From the human T2T-CHM13v2.0 reference genome, Homo sapiens: DNA of 64,000 nucleotides. The notes under the pieces were generated by a model. It did no database searches. It was not told where the DNA came from and saw only the letters and a program-made list of their open reading frames with translations. Positions 34,079 through 50,432 of the stretch are shown piece by piece. A program made the translations under genes and the position numbers. The stretch lies in assembly GCF_009914755.1 (NCBI RefSeq), contig NC_060931.1; one strand, given 5' to 3'. The first letter of the stretch is position 1. The number at the start of each line of letters is the position of its first letter.

Positions 34079-34225
34079 TTTACATCATCCTCGGCCGGGT
34101 TTTCCTGCTCTCTGCAGTTTTCTTGGCTTTCGTCACCACCTTCATCATGATGCCCTTTGCATCCGAGTTCTTCCCGAGGACCTGGAAGCAAAACTTTGTG
34201 TTAGCCTGCATCAGCTTCTTCACAG
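34079..34225 (+). CDS. TMEM225B: TMEM225B coding exon 2 (IYIILGRVFLLSAVFLAFVTTF...ACISFFTG)
   Basis: ccctgcag| acceptor, cag|gtgtgg donor, phase 1-1, hydrophobic TM2. Confidence 0.9.
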
Positions 34226-34323
34226 GTGTGGAACAGCTAGGTGATCCCTGACCTTCGCTAGGGCCTGGGGAGGAGTCCAGAGAAAGAGGGGTGCTCAGTC
34301 TCTGTGATGTCAAAAGAGGCATA

Positions 34324-34625
34324 ATTTTTCTTTTTAGGGACAGGGTCTCACTCTGTTACCCAGGCTGGAGTGCAGTGGTGCTATCATAGCTCACTGCAGC
34401 CTTAACCTCCCAGGCTAAAGTGATCCTCCCACCTCAGCCTCCCAAGTAGATGGGACTCTAGGCATGTGCCACCATTCCTGGCTAATTTAAACATTTTTTT
34501 TTTTGGTAGAGATGGGGATCTCGCTATGTTGCCCAGGCTGGCCTTGAACTCCTGGTGTCAAGCGGTCCTCCTGCCTCAGCCTCCCAATTGCTGAGATTAC
34601 AGGCATGAACCACTGCACCTGGCCC
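34324..34625 (-). mobile_element. Alu (J-like)
   Basis: Reverse dimer. Confidence 0.9.
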
Positions 34626-35003
34626 CTTTTGACATTTATAAAGGGTGACCCAGGCTCCACCCTGAGAGGCTCCTAGGCAAATGGTGGAGGTAGAGCAGTA
34701 GGAAAATGGGATTGCATTTAATCCAAAGTGTTGCACCCTCTGCTAAGGTGCAGAGGTGAGCTAAGGGCAGATGCAGAGGGTGCTAGGAAAGGGAGTTCTG
34801 ATGATGGTTCCCTGGAAGGTAAAGCACATGGGCTTTGAAGATGAGTCAGAAAGGAGGGAGGGACAGGCATCTGGGTAGGAGTTTTGTTTCAGAGAGGGGG
34901 CAAGGATGAAGGAGCCTCCAGGCAGGAGCCACAGGGGGTGAAGTTTGGAGGGAAGGCGGGTAGCATGGGAGGAGACCGAGGGTGTCTCCCTGTGACCCTC
35001 CAG

Positions 35004-35141
35004 GGGCCTGTGCCTTCCTGGCTTTGGTGCTGCATGCCCTGGAGATCAAGGCTCTGAGGATGAAGCTCGGCCCCCTGCAGTTCTCCGTGCTGTGGCCTTA
35101 CTACGTGCTGGGCTTCGGCATCTTTCTGTTCATAGTGGCTG
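35004..35141 (+). CDS. TMEM225B: TMEM225B coding exon 3 (ACAFLALVLHALE...WPYYVLGFGIFLFIVAG)
   Basis: ctccag| acceptor, g|gtgagt donor, phase 1-1, TM3/TM4. Confidence 0.9.
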
Positions 35142-35227
35142 GTGAGTGTCCAGGGAACAGTGCCCTGCTTCTTGTCCTCGGTCTGGATTTAGGAACCTGT
35201 CTTGTGGAGGCCCTCCCTTTGGATTCT

Positions 35228-35753
<526 letters not shown>

Positions 35754-35878
35754 AGCTTCAACCCCATCCTTGGCCTTCCTGTTCTTATCCTTCTTGACTT
35801 AGAACTAAACTCTTTCAAATTTTTATAGTCTCCCTTCCACCATCCTGGTTCCTTAGGCTATCTATTTCTGTCTCTACC

Positions 35879-36512
<634 letters not shown>

Positions 36513-36675
36513 ACCACATATTTAAGCTTTTATTTCTTAATTTCCCCTTCACCAAATAGAGTTACAATATTTTATATTTTAACCTTTTAATTCCATTTTT
36601 CCATGATTTCCATGAATTCTTTGAAGTTCTCTCACATTTTATTTAAAATTTTTGTGGCTTTTAGTGGTAGAGTAG

Positions 36676-37360
<685 letters not shown>

Positions 37361-37719
37361 ATCCCTCGTTTGTTCTTATTCGTGTCAGTTGTCTATCTTT
37401 TACTTCACTGAAGGTCTTGGGTTGGGCCTGGGTTTTGTGTTGGAACTTCCTTTCTCTAAACCTTAGTTTTTTTTTTCACCCATTAATGGGCTACATGATT
37501 GCTGAGATGTCTTCTAGGTGCTGACCATGGGTCTGTGATTTTATACATGTATTTGTACTTCTTGTCCTTTGACGCATCCTGTCTGTAATCTCTCTCTGTA
37601 ATACTCTAGATTGGGGGGCAGAATGAGGGAGGGCAGCTCTGGAGCTAGAGGGACCTGACCTCTAGGGCGTGGAGCTCTGGACTTTCTCTGACCTGACCCA
37701 AACGTTGGCTGTTCCCTAG

Positions 37720-37892
37720 GTACCATCTGCCTCATTCAAGAAATGGTTTGCCCTTGCTGGCACTTGTTGTCCACTTCCCAGAGTATGGAGGAGGACCACG
37801 GGAGCCTGTACCTGGACAATCTGGAGAGTTTGGGAGGAGAACCGAGCTCAGTACAAAAGGAGACACAGGTGACAGCAGAAACAGTCATCTAG
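37720..37892 (+). CDS. TMEM225B: TMEM225B last coding exon (TICLIQEMVCPCW...QVTAETVI*)
   Basis: ccctag| acceptor; TAG 37890-37892; spliced CDS 208+147+138+173 = 666 nt = 221 aa. Confidence 0.9.
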
Positions 37893-38128
37893 CCCAGGAC
37901 ATGGCTTCTTTACCCTTCTTCAAGCCATGTGAGTGTACACATGTAGCTGTTTGTAGTCCTCCCCACCCTCTCTGCCAGTATCTGTGCCTTTGAGGAGCTT
38001 CTTGCGTGTCAGATCAACTCTCCACCTCCCCATACTCACAGTGATTCTATCTTGCTTGTATGTGAAATTTGCTAAAAGTCCTTTCAACTCTTCTGAGCTT
38101 CCTAAGTGACGTTTTTGCAGGTATTTTC

Positions 38129-38134
38129 AATAAA
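38129..38134 (+). terminator. Probable TMEM225B polyadenylation signal
   Basis: First AATAAA ~240 nt after the stop. Confidence 0.55.
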
Positions 38135-38229
38135 AAGAAGGGCTACTTTGTTCATCCATATCTCAAAAACCAAGTCCGCAGGGCAGGAGGGGAGGGAGGA
38201 ATATTACAAGATAACCAAGTGAAATGGGA

Positions 38230-39001
<772 letters not shown>

Positions 39002-39214
39002 TTAGCCAATCAATATATCTGGCATTCCATCATTTCCCTATAGCCAGAGGCCTCCCGAGTGCTCCTCCAGTGTGCTCCATTCACAGCCCTATGGTGCTTG
39101 CATCACAGGGAGCACTCAGCCTCCTAGCAAGAATGGGTGTAGCTGGGAAGAACACATGTGTGGGGCAGTGGGGCAGCTAGAACAGTGATCCAAGCCCTCC
39201 ACTGGCTTCATCTC

Positions 39215-39587
39215 TATATTAGTCTGTTTTCACGCTGCTGATGAAGACCTATCTGAGACTGGGTAGTTTATAAAGAAAAAGAGGTTTAATGGATTCACAG
39301 TACCATGTGGCTCAGGGTGGCGGGGGGATGCTCACAATCATGGTGGAAGGCAAAAGTCATGTCTTACATGGTGGCAGGCAAGAGATAATGAGAACCAAGC
39401 AAAAAGGGAAACCTCTTATAAAACCATCAGATCTCATGAGACTTATTCACTACCACGAGAACAATATGGGGGAAACCGCCCCCATGATCCAATTATCTTC
39501 CACTGGGCCCCTCCCACAACACGTGGGAACTATGAGAGCTACAAATTCAAGATGAGATCTGGGTGGGGACAAAGCCAAACCATATGA
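39215..39587 (-). mobile_element. THE1 (MaLR) solo LTR, THE1B-like
   Basis: tatattagtctgttttcacgctgctg...gccaaaccatatga; 5-bp TSD atctc. Confidence 0.9.
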
Positions 39588-39756
39588 ATCTCCATCCTTC
39601 ATCTCAAAGATACCACCTACCAATGGCTTCCCACTTCTCTCTCCAAAGAACAAATGTGCAGAAAAAGCTCTTAGCACTTAAGCAGTGCAACTTCTAAAGC
39701 AAGTGCAGGGAGCTGTGGATGTCTTTTGGGAGAGGAGATACAATGGACATGGCTAG

Positions 39757-40219
<463 letters not shown>

Positions 40220-40792
40220 TGGAATTTCTTATTACATTTCTCTCCAAAAGGTATCTTGGGAGTTTCTTATAGGGATACGATTACAGCCTAGTTCCAAATT
40301 GTCTCACTTTTCCATCTTAAAAAAGAAACCATAGGAACTGTAATTGTCAGTGAAACTAGGAATAGAGAACATCTACAAACTCCAACTTATGTATCTGTGG
40401 CCCAAACCACCCTAATCCAGCATAACCAGTTTGGGAAGCCACAGATGGGAGACTGGCTTGGTGGGCACAGTAGGGCAGATTAGAGAACATATAGGGGTTC
40501 CAGGGGTAGCAAATTTCAAATCATTAGCAAATATCAACCCTCAGATGCCTGAGAAGGACCCACCCTAAGAGGGAATGGCTATGAATGCAATAGAGAACAA
40601 ACATGGTGGGATGTGTGTTGGGGAGGGGTGGAAGACATGGAAAGGGCATTGGGGCCTGTAGAGGGAAAGATTTAAGAATCAGCCTGACTTAGTTATTTCA
40701 GCTTAGAATTAGAATAGGCCAGTAGTCCATGACTCACCTCCCCCATCTTCTCACCCAAATTCCTATAAATAACCAGAAAAGAATGGAAATTC

Positions 40793-41158
<366 letters not shown>

Positions 41159-41199
41159 TTACTAAAGCCCTATAAAAGTGGTCAAATAAAAAAAATTAA

Positions 41200-43330
41200 A
41201 TGAAAATCAAATCCACAAAGATTAGAAACCAGTCTTAGCCAATTTTGGTGAGTTGAGCACTCTCATATACATTTGATGGGAATGTAAATTGGCATGAACT
41301 TTCTGGAAAGCATTTTATAATAGCATATGCATTAATAGGTTTAAAAATATTCATACCTGGTGGCCCAGAAGTTGAATTTTAGGAATTTATTCTAAGGAAA
41401 TAACCAGGGGTGAGGTTAAGTATTTATACAAAGGAATGCTTGTTCCAGGTTATTTATAATAGCAAAAATAAAAGAGTATATTCTAGATTATTTCCCCCAT
41501 GTTGAAATAATTTTTAAAAGTATAGTGTATTCAGAGGACAGAATATTATACAGGCAGTAAAAATGTAATTTTAAGTGTCCTATTTGGAAGAAATAAAAAC
41601 ATATAAATAAAGAAGCCTGGAGACATCCTACATCTGATAACATGGCAGACTAAATAGTTGGGCTGATTCGTCTGCCAAAAACAACAGAAATGATAAAATA
41701 AATAATAAAATCTAAAGATATCAGGTAACAAAATAGTAATGAATTATAAGATAACATCAAAGTAAAGAATAATACCTAGAGAAATCATCTTGCAGAGATT
41801 TGATTTTTTAAAACTATGCCTAAAGTTTACTCAAGGAAGAGCATCTGATAAGAGAGCTTTCCCCCCATAAACCAAGGACTGCAAAAGTGTGGATTATCAG
41901 AAGAGATCCGGTACATTCAGGGTGGTATGGCCATAGACAAGGGCTGGGTTATCAATGTAAGGGTGAGAGATAAGTCTCCTCTCCCGTACCCCTACCACCA
42001 GGAGCCAGCAAGGCAATTTGTCTTAGTGCCACGCTGGACAACCACAAAACCACAAAGATTTGTGGTTGAGAAGTTGCAACCACAAATCACCCCTCAATAT
42101 TTGCAGCCCAAATTCATATTACTATTATAGCATGGTTCAAAAATCCTCAAATTATAAATTTGGTTTACAATGACCTTGGACTGGTGATGCTGACAAGAAA
42201 AAAATTTACATGGAAGAAAAACAATATCAACCCTCTCTAGATAAATTCACTTTATCCTGGAACTCAAAGAAATTTCACAAAAATGTTTCCAAGGAAAATG
42301 AGCAGCCTGTCACACAAGGAAACAAGGTACTGTGGTATGTTCGAGGAAGGTATGTTTGAGGAATGCCCCCAATTAATGTCCTGGGGACATTATTTAATGC
42401 TCTAGGGACATTATATAATGTCCCCAGAACTCATAAATCAATAAGAAAGAGATAAACAGCTTAATAGAAACACAAAGAAAAGTCCGTTCACAGAAAAGGG
42501 AAGGCAAGAAGTTAATGAAAGTAGGAATAATGACTGACCTCACTTATAATGAAGAACATGCAAATTAAAAAATGAGGTAACATTTACTTCACCTGTCAAT
42601 TGGCAAAAATTAAAGCTGGATAATGGCAGAGATGATGAGATATGGGAAATGGATGCTGTTAGGTACTGCTGGTGGAAGTGGCACCATCAAAAACAGTGGA
42701 AATAGCAGATCACAGAAAGATATCTGAGGGGACTTCAGATCTCAGAATTATCAGGCTCAACTATATTTACTATGTACAAAGAAAAGCTTAAACATATCGG
42801 TAAATTCTTTTAAAAGATCGATCTAGAATATTTGGAAAAAATCAAATAGAAATTCTAGAAATGGAAAAAATATATTAATTAAAACAAAAATATGGGTGGC
42901 CAAGTGGGGAGGATTGCTCGAGCCCAGGAGTTTAAGACTAGCCTGGGCAACATAGTGAGACCCTGTCCTTACAAAACATTTTTTAAAGATTAGCTGGGTG
43001 TGGTGGCTCATGCCTGTAGTCCCAGCTATTTGGGAAGCTGAGGTGGATTGCTTGAACCCAGGAGTTGGAAGCTGTAGTGAGCTATGATAGCACCGCTGTA
43101 CTCCAGCCTAGGTGACACAGCAAGACCTCGTCTCTTAAAAAACAAAACAAAACAAAACAAAAAAACAACAACTGTGGATTTTGTAGCACATTAGAAACAG
43201 CTGAAAAGTGGATTATTAATAAAAAGGTGAAGACATAAACCCAAGTCAAATATGGGCAGACAAGAAAAATATGAAAGTGGGACAGAGACATGGAGGATAA
43301 AGTGAGATGGTCTAACACCTATGTTATATT
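41200..43330 (+). mobile_element. Ancient L1M fragments with an Alu at ~42895-43170
   Basis: A-rich; ctctcatatacatttgatgggaatgtaaattgg and aaatcaataagaaagagataaacagc resemble L1 ORF2/3' ends. Confidence 0.55.
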
Positions 43331-43486
43331 CTAGGAGTTCATTTACTCTATAAGTGTATATTTTTAGCAAATATTGTACCAGACACTTTGCAAAGTGCTG
43401 GAGAAGAGTAAGACAAGAGGGTTTCCTGTTTCCTGAGTGGATTCTGGAGTAACACTGGGCCACCCAGTTGAGACAGACTGCCTTCA

Positions 43487-43797
43487 GGCTGGACGCGGTG
43501 GCTTGCGCCTGCAGTCCTAGCACTTTGGGAGGCCAAGGGGGGAAGATCGCTTGAGTCCAGAAGTTGGAGACCAGATTGGGCAACATAGAGAGATCCCCCT
43601 CTCTGCAAAAAATTGAAAAAAAGTCCCAGCTACCCAGGAGACTGAGGTGGGAGGATTGCTTGAACTCAGGGCTTCGAGGTTGCAGTGAGCTATGATCTCA
43701 CCACTGCACTCCATCCTGGGAGACAGAACAAGACTTCTCTCTCTCTTTCTCAAAAAACACAAACAAACAAACAAACAAAAACCCCCCACAAAAAACA
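43487..43797 (+). mobile_element. Alu (J-like)
   Basis: Dimer with deletion. Confidence 0.85.
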
Positions 43798-43849
43798 GCT
43801 CCGATGCTGGCTCCTCCAGGAAGCCTTCCCTGACTACACATACACACAC

Positions 43850-44640
43850 GCACGCACACTACCCGGGGTCAGGAGCCTCTTAAGTGAGCCGGTTAGATCC
43901 AGTGCGCCCCCTATCTCCTCTGCCCCTACGCCTCGCGCAAGGCCCTCGCAGCCGGAATAGTCGCGCATTGACCGACTGGACTCTAAAGCCCCTTGGGGCA
44001 GGTGCTGTGTCCAGTAGTGTATCTGGCGATGCACCGAGTCCTTTCCACGGAGGGCAAGCAGGTGAAATGGCACGGAAGTGGAAGGGGCCTAGCCACAGAG
44101 CGCCTCGAGCTGGGCAGTCAATCCTGGGGAAGCCCTGGTGGTCTTCGCCTCGCCGGGTTCGGAACAGCAGGCTGGGATCAGCAACCATCGAGACGCATCC
44201 GCCGAGACCTCCGAGCATCCTAGAGAGGACACGGAAGCGAGTCTTTCCTTACGCACCTGTCTAACAGCGTCCGCAGCTCACTTCCGGACCGCGGATAGCA
44301 CTGGCGACCCTAGCGGGTGAGAGGCCCTTCAGGGCCGCGGCGGGTGAGAGCCTCTTCAGGGCCGCAGCGGGTGGCGGGCGAAGTGGTAAACGGGCGCGGG
44401 GACGGGTTTTGGTGCCGCTACGGGGCTCGGCGGCAGCGGGGTTGCAGTAGAGCCCGTCTCCCTCCGCTCAGCCCCGGCTGAGGGCGGCAAGTCTCTCAGG
44501 AGCTGCCTTCAGCGGCCCCGAGGCCCTGCGGGTCTGGACGCTGAGGGGCCGCCGCGCTGTAGGCTCAGGTAGGAGCGAGGCTGATCCCGCTCTGCCAGGC
44601 TTGGCTTAGTGCAGGGCTGGCCACGAACCCGAAGAGATCT
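43850..44640 (+). promoter_or_regulatory. ZSCAN25: CpG-island promoter and non-coding exon 1 of ZSCAN25
   Basis: CpG-rich; ETS/GABPA motifs cggaagtg (~44073) and cacttccgg (~44279); donors cgg|gtgaga at 44317 and 44344. Confidence 0.75.
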
Positions 44641-44710
44641 TGAACCAAAGCAGAACTCTGTGCAAAGTGAAAGTAATCACATAGGACACTTATTTAAAGA
44701 ATAGTGATGA

Positions 44711-45083
44711 GCCAGCCTGGTCAACATAGCGAGACCCTGTCTCTACAAAAATTGAAAAGTAGCCGGGCGTGGTGGCACGCGCCTGAGGTCCCAGCTACTC
44801 GGGAGGCTGAGGCAGGAGGATCGCCTGAGCCCAGGAGTTCAAGGTTGCACTGACTTACATTCATGCCGCTGCACTCCAGCCTGGGCAACATGGGGAGACC
44901 CTGTCTCTACAAAAATAAATAATTAGCTGGTCATGGTGGCACTCGCCAGTAGTCCCAGCTACTCGGGAGGCTGAGGTGGGAGGATCGCTTGATCCTAGGA
45001 GGCAAAGGCTGCAGTGATCGCACCACTGGTCTCCAGCTGGGGTGATAAAACCCTGAGATCCTGTCTCAGAAACAAAACAAAAG
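44711..45083 (+). mobile_element. Compound Alu with duplicated linker and right arm
   Basis: gagaccctgtctctacaaaaat occurs twice, each followed by a right arm. Confidence 0.8.
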
Positions 45084-45851
45084 AGTCACAATGGGTGGGG
45101 GGAGATAAAGAATAGCAATGGGGCAATTTCTATTTGTCAAATGGCAGAGATAAAAGATGAATGAGGATCTTTCTTGCCTCCAGGGAATCTGTTAGAGGGA
45201 GACACATGGGTAAACATTTGCACTGTAGTGCATTAAATGCACTAGTGGAGTGAACCAATGCAATAGCTAGAAAGGAATGAAAGAGAAATCTCAATGTTGC
45301 AGAGTCAATGAATAGACTGAAAATATAAACTTGGTTTAAGTGGGGGTAGATAAATACACAAACTCACAATAGAATATTTAGCAGAAGCTTTGGGGTGTGC
45401 CTCCTGCCAGCTGCCCATTCTCTGCTCCAGTCAGGTGATCTTTCCGTTTTCTGACAAGCAGGATCTCCTTCCCCTGGTGCTTTGGACTTCCAAGTCTGTC
45501 TTCCCAGTCTAGGTCTTCCGCATAATCCACTTGGAGGTAAATAGGACTCATTCTCCAGTCTACTTCAAGCCTCTTCTTTTCCTTGAGTACTTGGACTTAG
45601 ATTAGTTTTCTCTCTTTTTGACTTCACATTTTTTTTTCAATCTGTACCATGTATTTTGGGAGGCAGTTATCATCTAGTCTCTTTTTTTTCTTCTGAGAAG
45701 TAGGAGGAGTAGCACTCATCCTACAGAAGTGTTTTAAGTATTAGATGAAATATGTGTTCACATGCTTTCTAAAGAGTAAAGCCTGTACAAGTTAGAAATC
45801 TTTAGGTCATTTGTCATAATGGTATATATGTTGCTCCATTGTCTTTTTCAG

Positions 45852-45978
45852 GTTGAGCGCACCATCACATCTAAGCCATCAGCAAGTTTGTTGGTTTTAA
45901 TCTCCAAAATACGTCTTGATTTTGTCTGACTCTTTGCCACCACCCTGATCTAAGCCCTTATCATCTGCTTGAATCACT
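45852..45978 (+). other. ZSCAN25: Candidate ZSCAN25 5'UTR exon 2 (L2-derived)
   Basis: ctttttcag| acceptor, act|gtaagt donor. Confidence 0.6.
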
Positions 45979-46113
45979 GTAAGTGCCATTTCCCTCTTGC
46001 CACCTCTAGCCTATTCCCTGTCAACACACAGGCAGAATGACTTTTATAAAACATGTAGTTCCTCGCTAAAGTAAGAAATAAGAATAAAGTTCATAATTCT
46101 TTCTGTGGCGCAG

Positions 46114-46220
46114 GCTCTGGGTGATCTGGTTTCTGTCTGCCTCTGCCACCTCTTCTGGTGCAGCTCTGCTCGTCACTGCTGAAGCCACACTGGGATATGG
46201 CTTGTTCTTGGACACCCAGA
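46114..46220 (+). other. ZSCAN25: Candidate ZSCAN25 5'UTR exon 3 (L2-derived)
   Basis: ttctttctgtggcgcag| acceptor, aga|gtaatt donor. Confidence 0.5.
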
Positions 46221-46933
46221 GTAATTTCTTAGCCTCAGGGCTTTTGCCTGGAATGCTCTTAGAATGACTGACTCATTCTCATCCTTGAGTCAGCCTGGTA
46301 TCATGTCTTTAGAAAAGCCTTCTTCAAGTCAGTTGCCCCCTGTTAACAGAGCACCCTACTTATTTTCTTTCTAGAACTTGTCTCCACTTGCAGTTTTTAA
46401 AAGAGTTGCTTCCATTTGACTTTTTCTGTCTGCTGTACCAGCATATGAGTTTCAGGAGGGTAAGCTCCCAGTGTGTCTTGTTTTCTATTTTATTTGTTGT
46501 TTCTGCCTGCCTCTTGTGTGTGTATATGTGTGTGTTTGTGTGTTGCATGTATGTTTCCTTTAGTATTGGAAGAGTAGGCCCTGGTGACTCACCCAGTTAT
46601 AACCCATTATATATTATTCTCTGATTGTAGTGTTATTCTCCAGTGAGATCCTAAGTTATTTGTGGGTATAAAAGCAAAATCTTAGACATTTTCTGTTTAG
46701 TCTCTGTACCTAATAGTTGCTTAGCAAATGATTACTATGTTGAATTGACCTGACTTTTGGGATCTGTGTTCAGTCTTTTGAAAATGCCTTGTAAAAGGTA
46801 ATTACTGTGTTCTCCAGTGGAATATTCCTTGATGTAGAGACAGAACTGGGATGGGCTGACCTTTCATGTGTCTCTTGTTCTCAAAAGGGTCATTGATGCA
46901 GTCATTCTCAGTCTCCTCGGAGGGAGTCTGAAG

Positions 46934-47320
46934 ATGCTTAAAGAGCATCCAGAGATGGCGGAAGCTCCTCAGCAGCAGTTGGGTATTCCTGTGGTGAAAC
47001 TGGAGAAAGAGTTGCCATGGGGCAGAGGAAGGGAGGACCCTAGTCCAGAGACTTTTCGGCTGAGGTTTCGGCAGTTCCGCTACCAGGAGGCAGCTGGACC
47101 CCAGGAAGCTCTTAGGGAGCTCCAGGAGCTCTGTCGTCGGTGGCTGAGGCCCGAGTTGCACACCAAGGAGCAGATCCTGGAGCTGCTGGTGCTGGAGCAG
47201 TTCCTCACTATCCTGCCCCGCGAGTTCTACGCCTGGATCCGGGAGCATGGCCCAGAGAGTGGCAAGGCCCTGGCCGCCATGGTGGAGGACCTGACAGAAA
47301 GAGCACTGGAGGCCAAGGCG
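46934..47320 (+). CDS. ZSCAN25: ZSCAN25 coding exon 1, SCAN domain
   Basis: [15 protein letters not shown]...[55 protein letters not shown]; acceptor at 46887, donor gcg|gtgggt. Confidence 0.95.
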
Positions 47321-48084
47321 GTGGGTGAGGAGGGGATCCAGGTCTGGCGCCCTTGGCGTGGGCAGGGAATGTTAAAGAATCCAAAGATTTGAGGAAGCAG
47401 TAGGAGTGGACGAGGTGTGGAGCCGCCCTCCTCTGCCCTCAGACTCCCTGAGGTTCTTTTTGGAGAGCAGTGGCGTTTTCAGCAAGAAAGGCCATTCCCA
47501 GGGGAGATGCTGCCATGCAGAAGGGCCTGAAGCCTCTGTTTGGTCATGAGGGCAGAGGCCTGGCCATATTTCCCTTGTGGGCATCAGGCAAAAAGAAGGC
47601 AGTTGTGATTGTTTTTGGGGTCCCTCATAGACCTGACCCTGCTTTGGACAGAGATGCCTCTGGGAAGGCAGAGAATCCCACCTGGGGAATATTTTTCCGG
47701 AAAAGGGTTGTCCATGGCAGTACTGTTTCTCTGTGGCTCATAGGGCTCCTGTAACAATTCTCTGGTGCTGCTCTAATGACACCAAGTGATTTGGCACCGC
47801 ACATGCTTCCTTGAGGTTCCAGCCATATTTCGGTCACTTTGTGGTACAGCCCCCTGATGGATGACTGGGAAAGGAGAGCAGGACTGATGACACCGTCTTG
47901 CTCACAAGCCCCCGTCCTTCTGTAGTTCAGCCTCCCGTGCACACTCTCGTCACCCTGACTTCCTGTCTTCAGAATCCTAAGAGAATTTTTTCCTACTCAA
48001 CTCAGGAGCTTAAAAGTGGACCCAGAAATGCCTTGTTTTTGTGAGTACTTCTCAGTGAGAGAGTCCTCCTGATTTTTCTTGCTC

Positions 48085-48290
48085 TTTTTAATTTATTATT
48101 TTTGAGACAGGGTCAGTCAACAGCCTAGGCTGGAGTGCAGTGGCACAATCCTAGCTTACTGCAGCCTTGAGCTCCTGGCTCAGTTGATCCTCCCACCTCA
48201 GCCTCCTGAGTAGCTGAGACCACAGGCATGCATGCCTGGCTAATTTTTTTATTTTTTGTAGAGATGGAGTCTCGCCATGTTGCCCAGGCT
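48085..48290 (-). mobile_element. Alu (J-like), truncated
   Basis: Reverse right arm plus linker. Confidence 0.8.
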
Positions 48291-48699
48291 TCCTGGCTCT
48301 CTTTAAAGCAACTATTTCTCACTGGCCTGTTCACTGCAGGGTCTAGGCTTTGCATTTTTTATTTTCAGCTTTTTCAATTAGGAATTTTTTTTTCTAGTAG
48401 TGAGTATATTGTGTTAAAATCCTCAGCAGGATAATATTTGGGCTTGGTGATGGCAGGTAGAGGGGACCCTTGTCAAATGGCGTGGACAGATAAAAGTTGC
48501 TCAGGGCCTGATGCATGAGTTTAGCTTCCTTTTCACTTCCTCACTAATGTCCTGGGGAAGAGCTCAGCTGATTTTTCCTTCCTCTCCCCTGAAGCTGGAA
48601 TGGTTCTTTTCTTGGTTCTCTTTTTAGATTTTAGTTCAACTCCCTTCATAACAGCCTTGCCCAGGCCTCATTCTAATCGGTGTTGGGAACTGTTCTTAG

Positions 48700-48901
48700 G
48701 TTCCATGCCACAGGCAGGGAGAGCAGGAGGAAACAGCACTTTGCAGAGGCGCTTGGGAGCCAGGCATCCAGCTGGGGCCAGTGGAGGTCAAGCCTGAATG
48801 GGGGATGCCCCCTGGGGAAGGAGTTCAAGGTCCAGACCCAGGTACCGAGGAGCAGCTCAGTCAGGACCCTGGAGATGAGACACGGGCCTTCCAGGAGCAA
48901 G
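48700..48901 (+). CDS. ZSCAN25: ZSCAN25 coding exon 2 (VPCHRQGEQEE...RAFQEQ)
   Basis: ttcttag| and aag|gtgagt, phase 0-1, open frame. Confidence 0.9.
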
Positions 48902-49242
48902 GTGAGTAAGACGCAGATAGTGGGGATGTCAGGTCATAGGAAACAGTGCTGTGCAGCCAACTCTCTTCAGAAACCCAGCAATGGAGCAACTAAGTTACCC
49001 ACGAGGTGTAATTGTGAATTTTCTTGGCTACTTCCTCCACCTTAGGAAATAGATGAAGTGAAATTGTTTCTTCTCCCTTTACCCTCTGGTGTCTGGAGGG
49101 GATATCTGGGATCATGCTTTCTTATTATTTCTCTTTTCTTTCCCTCAGATCCCTTCTAGAAACTACCAAGAAATATTCAGCTGACTTGCAGGAATACTTT
49201 TTCAGTAGGCAGATAAACCATATCCCCCAAAGTAATATGTAG

Positions 49243-49551
<309 letters not shown>

Positions 49552-49875
49552 CACGTAGCTTTATTTTGTTATTGAATCTCATAGGAGGTTATTCCCAGAG
49601 TGTGACTGGGTAGCATGGGTAGCCCTGGACGGACAGGGCCGGGACAATCTTGCCAGCTGAGAACAGGAGACACCCAGGCCCCAGCTGAGAATAGGGCAAG
49701 GGACACCCAGGCCCCTGTGCATGGGAAAGTGTGGTACCAGAGTGAAAAGGGATTCTGTCTGGAGTCTTCTGGTTCCTGAGGTTGTGAGCATCTGGTAGGG
49801 GACACATTTGAACGAGCTAACAGCATAACATCACTGATCCTTCTGATCTTTCTCATGCTTTTTGTCCCTGCTCAG

Positions 49876-49967
49876 CACTACCTGTTCTGCAGGCGGGTCC
49901 TGGCCTCCCCGCAGTGAATCCCAGAGACCAAGAGATGGCAGCTGGGTTCTTTACTGCTGGATCGCAG
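49876..49967 (+). CDS. ZSCAN25: ZSCAN25 coding exon 3 (ALPVLQAGPG...RDQEMAAGFFTAGSQ)
   Basis: ctcag| and cag|gtgagc, phase 1-0; pre-KRAB exon typical of ZKSCAN genes. Confidence 0.9.
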
Positions 49968-50011
49968 GTGAGCTCTGACTCCCTTTGCAGAAATCATGAC
50001 CGTTGCTTTGA

Positions 50012-50432
<421 letters not shown>

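Noticed and set aside
37748-37993. 81-aa ORF over the last TMEM225B exon
   Set aside because: Wrong frame for the phase-1 splice from 35141; the compatible frame ends at 37892.
44295-44320. Possible CTCF site ccgctagggtcgcc on the - strand
   Set aside because: Core is one base short of the consensus; not supportable by eye.
46868-46933. N-terminal extension in ORF-track entry 46868-47392
   Set aside because: Starts at a non-ATG codon upstream of the acceptor at 46887; the ORF tail after 47320 is intron read-through.
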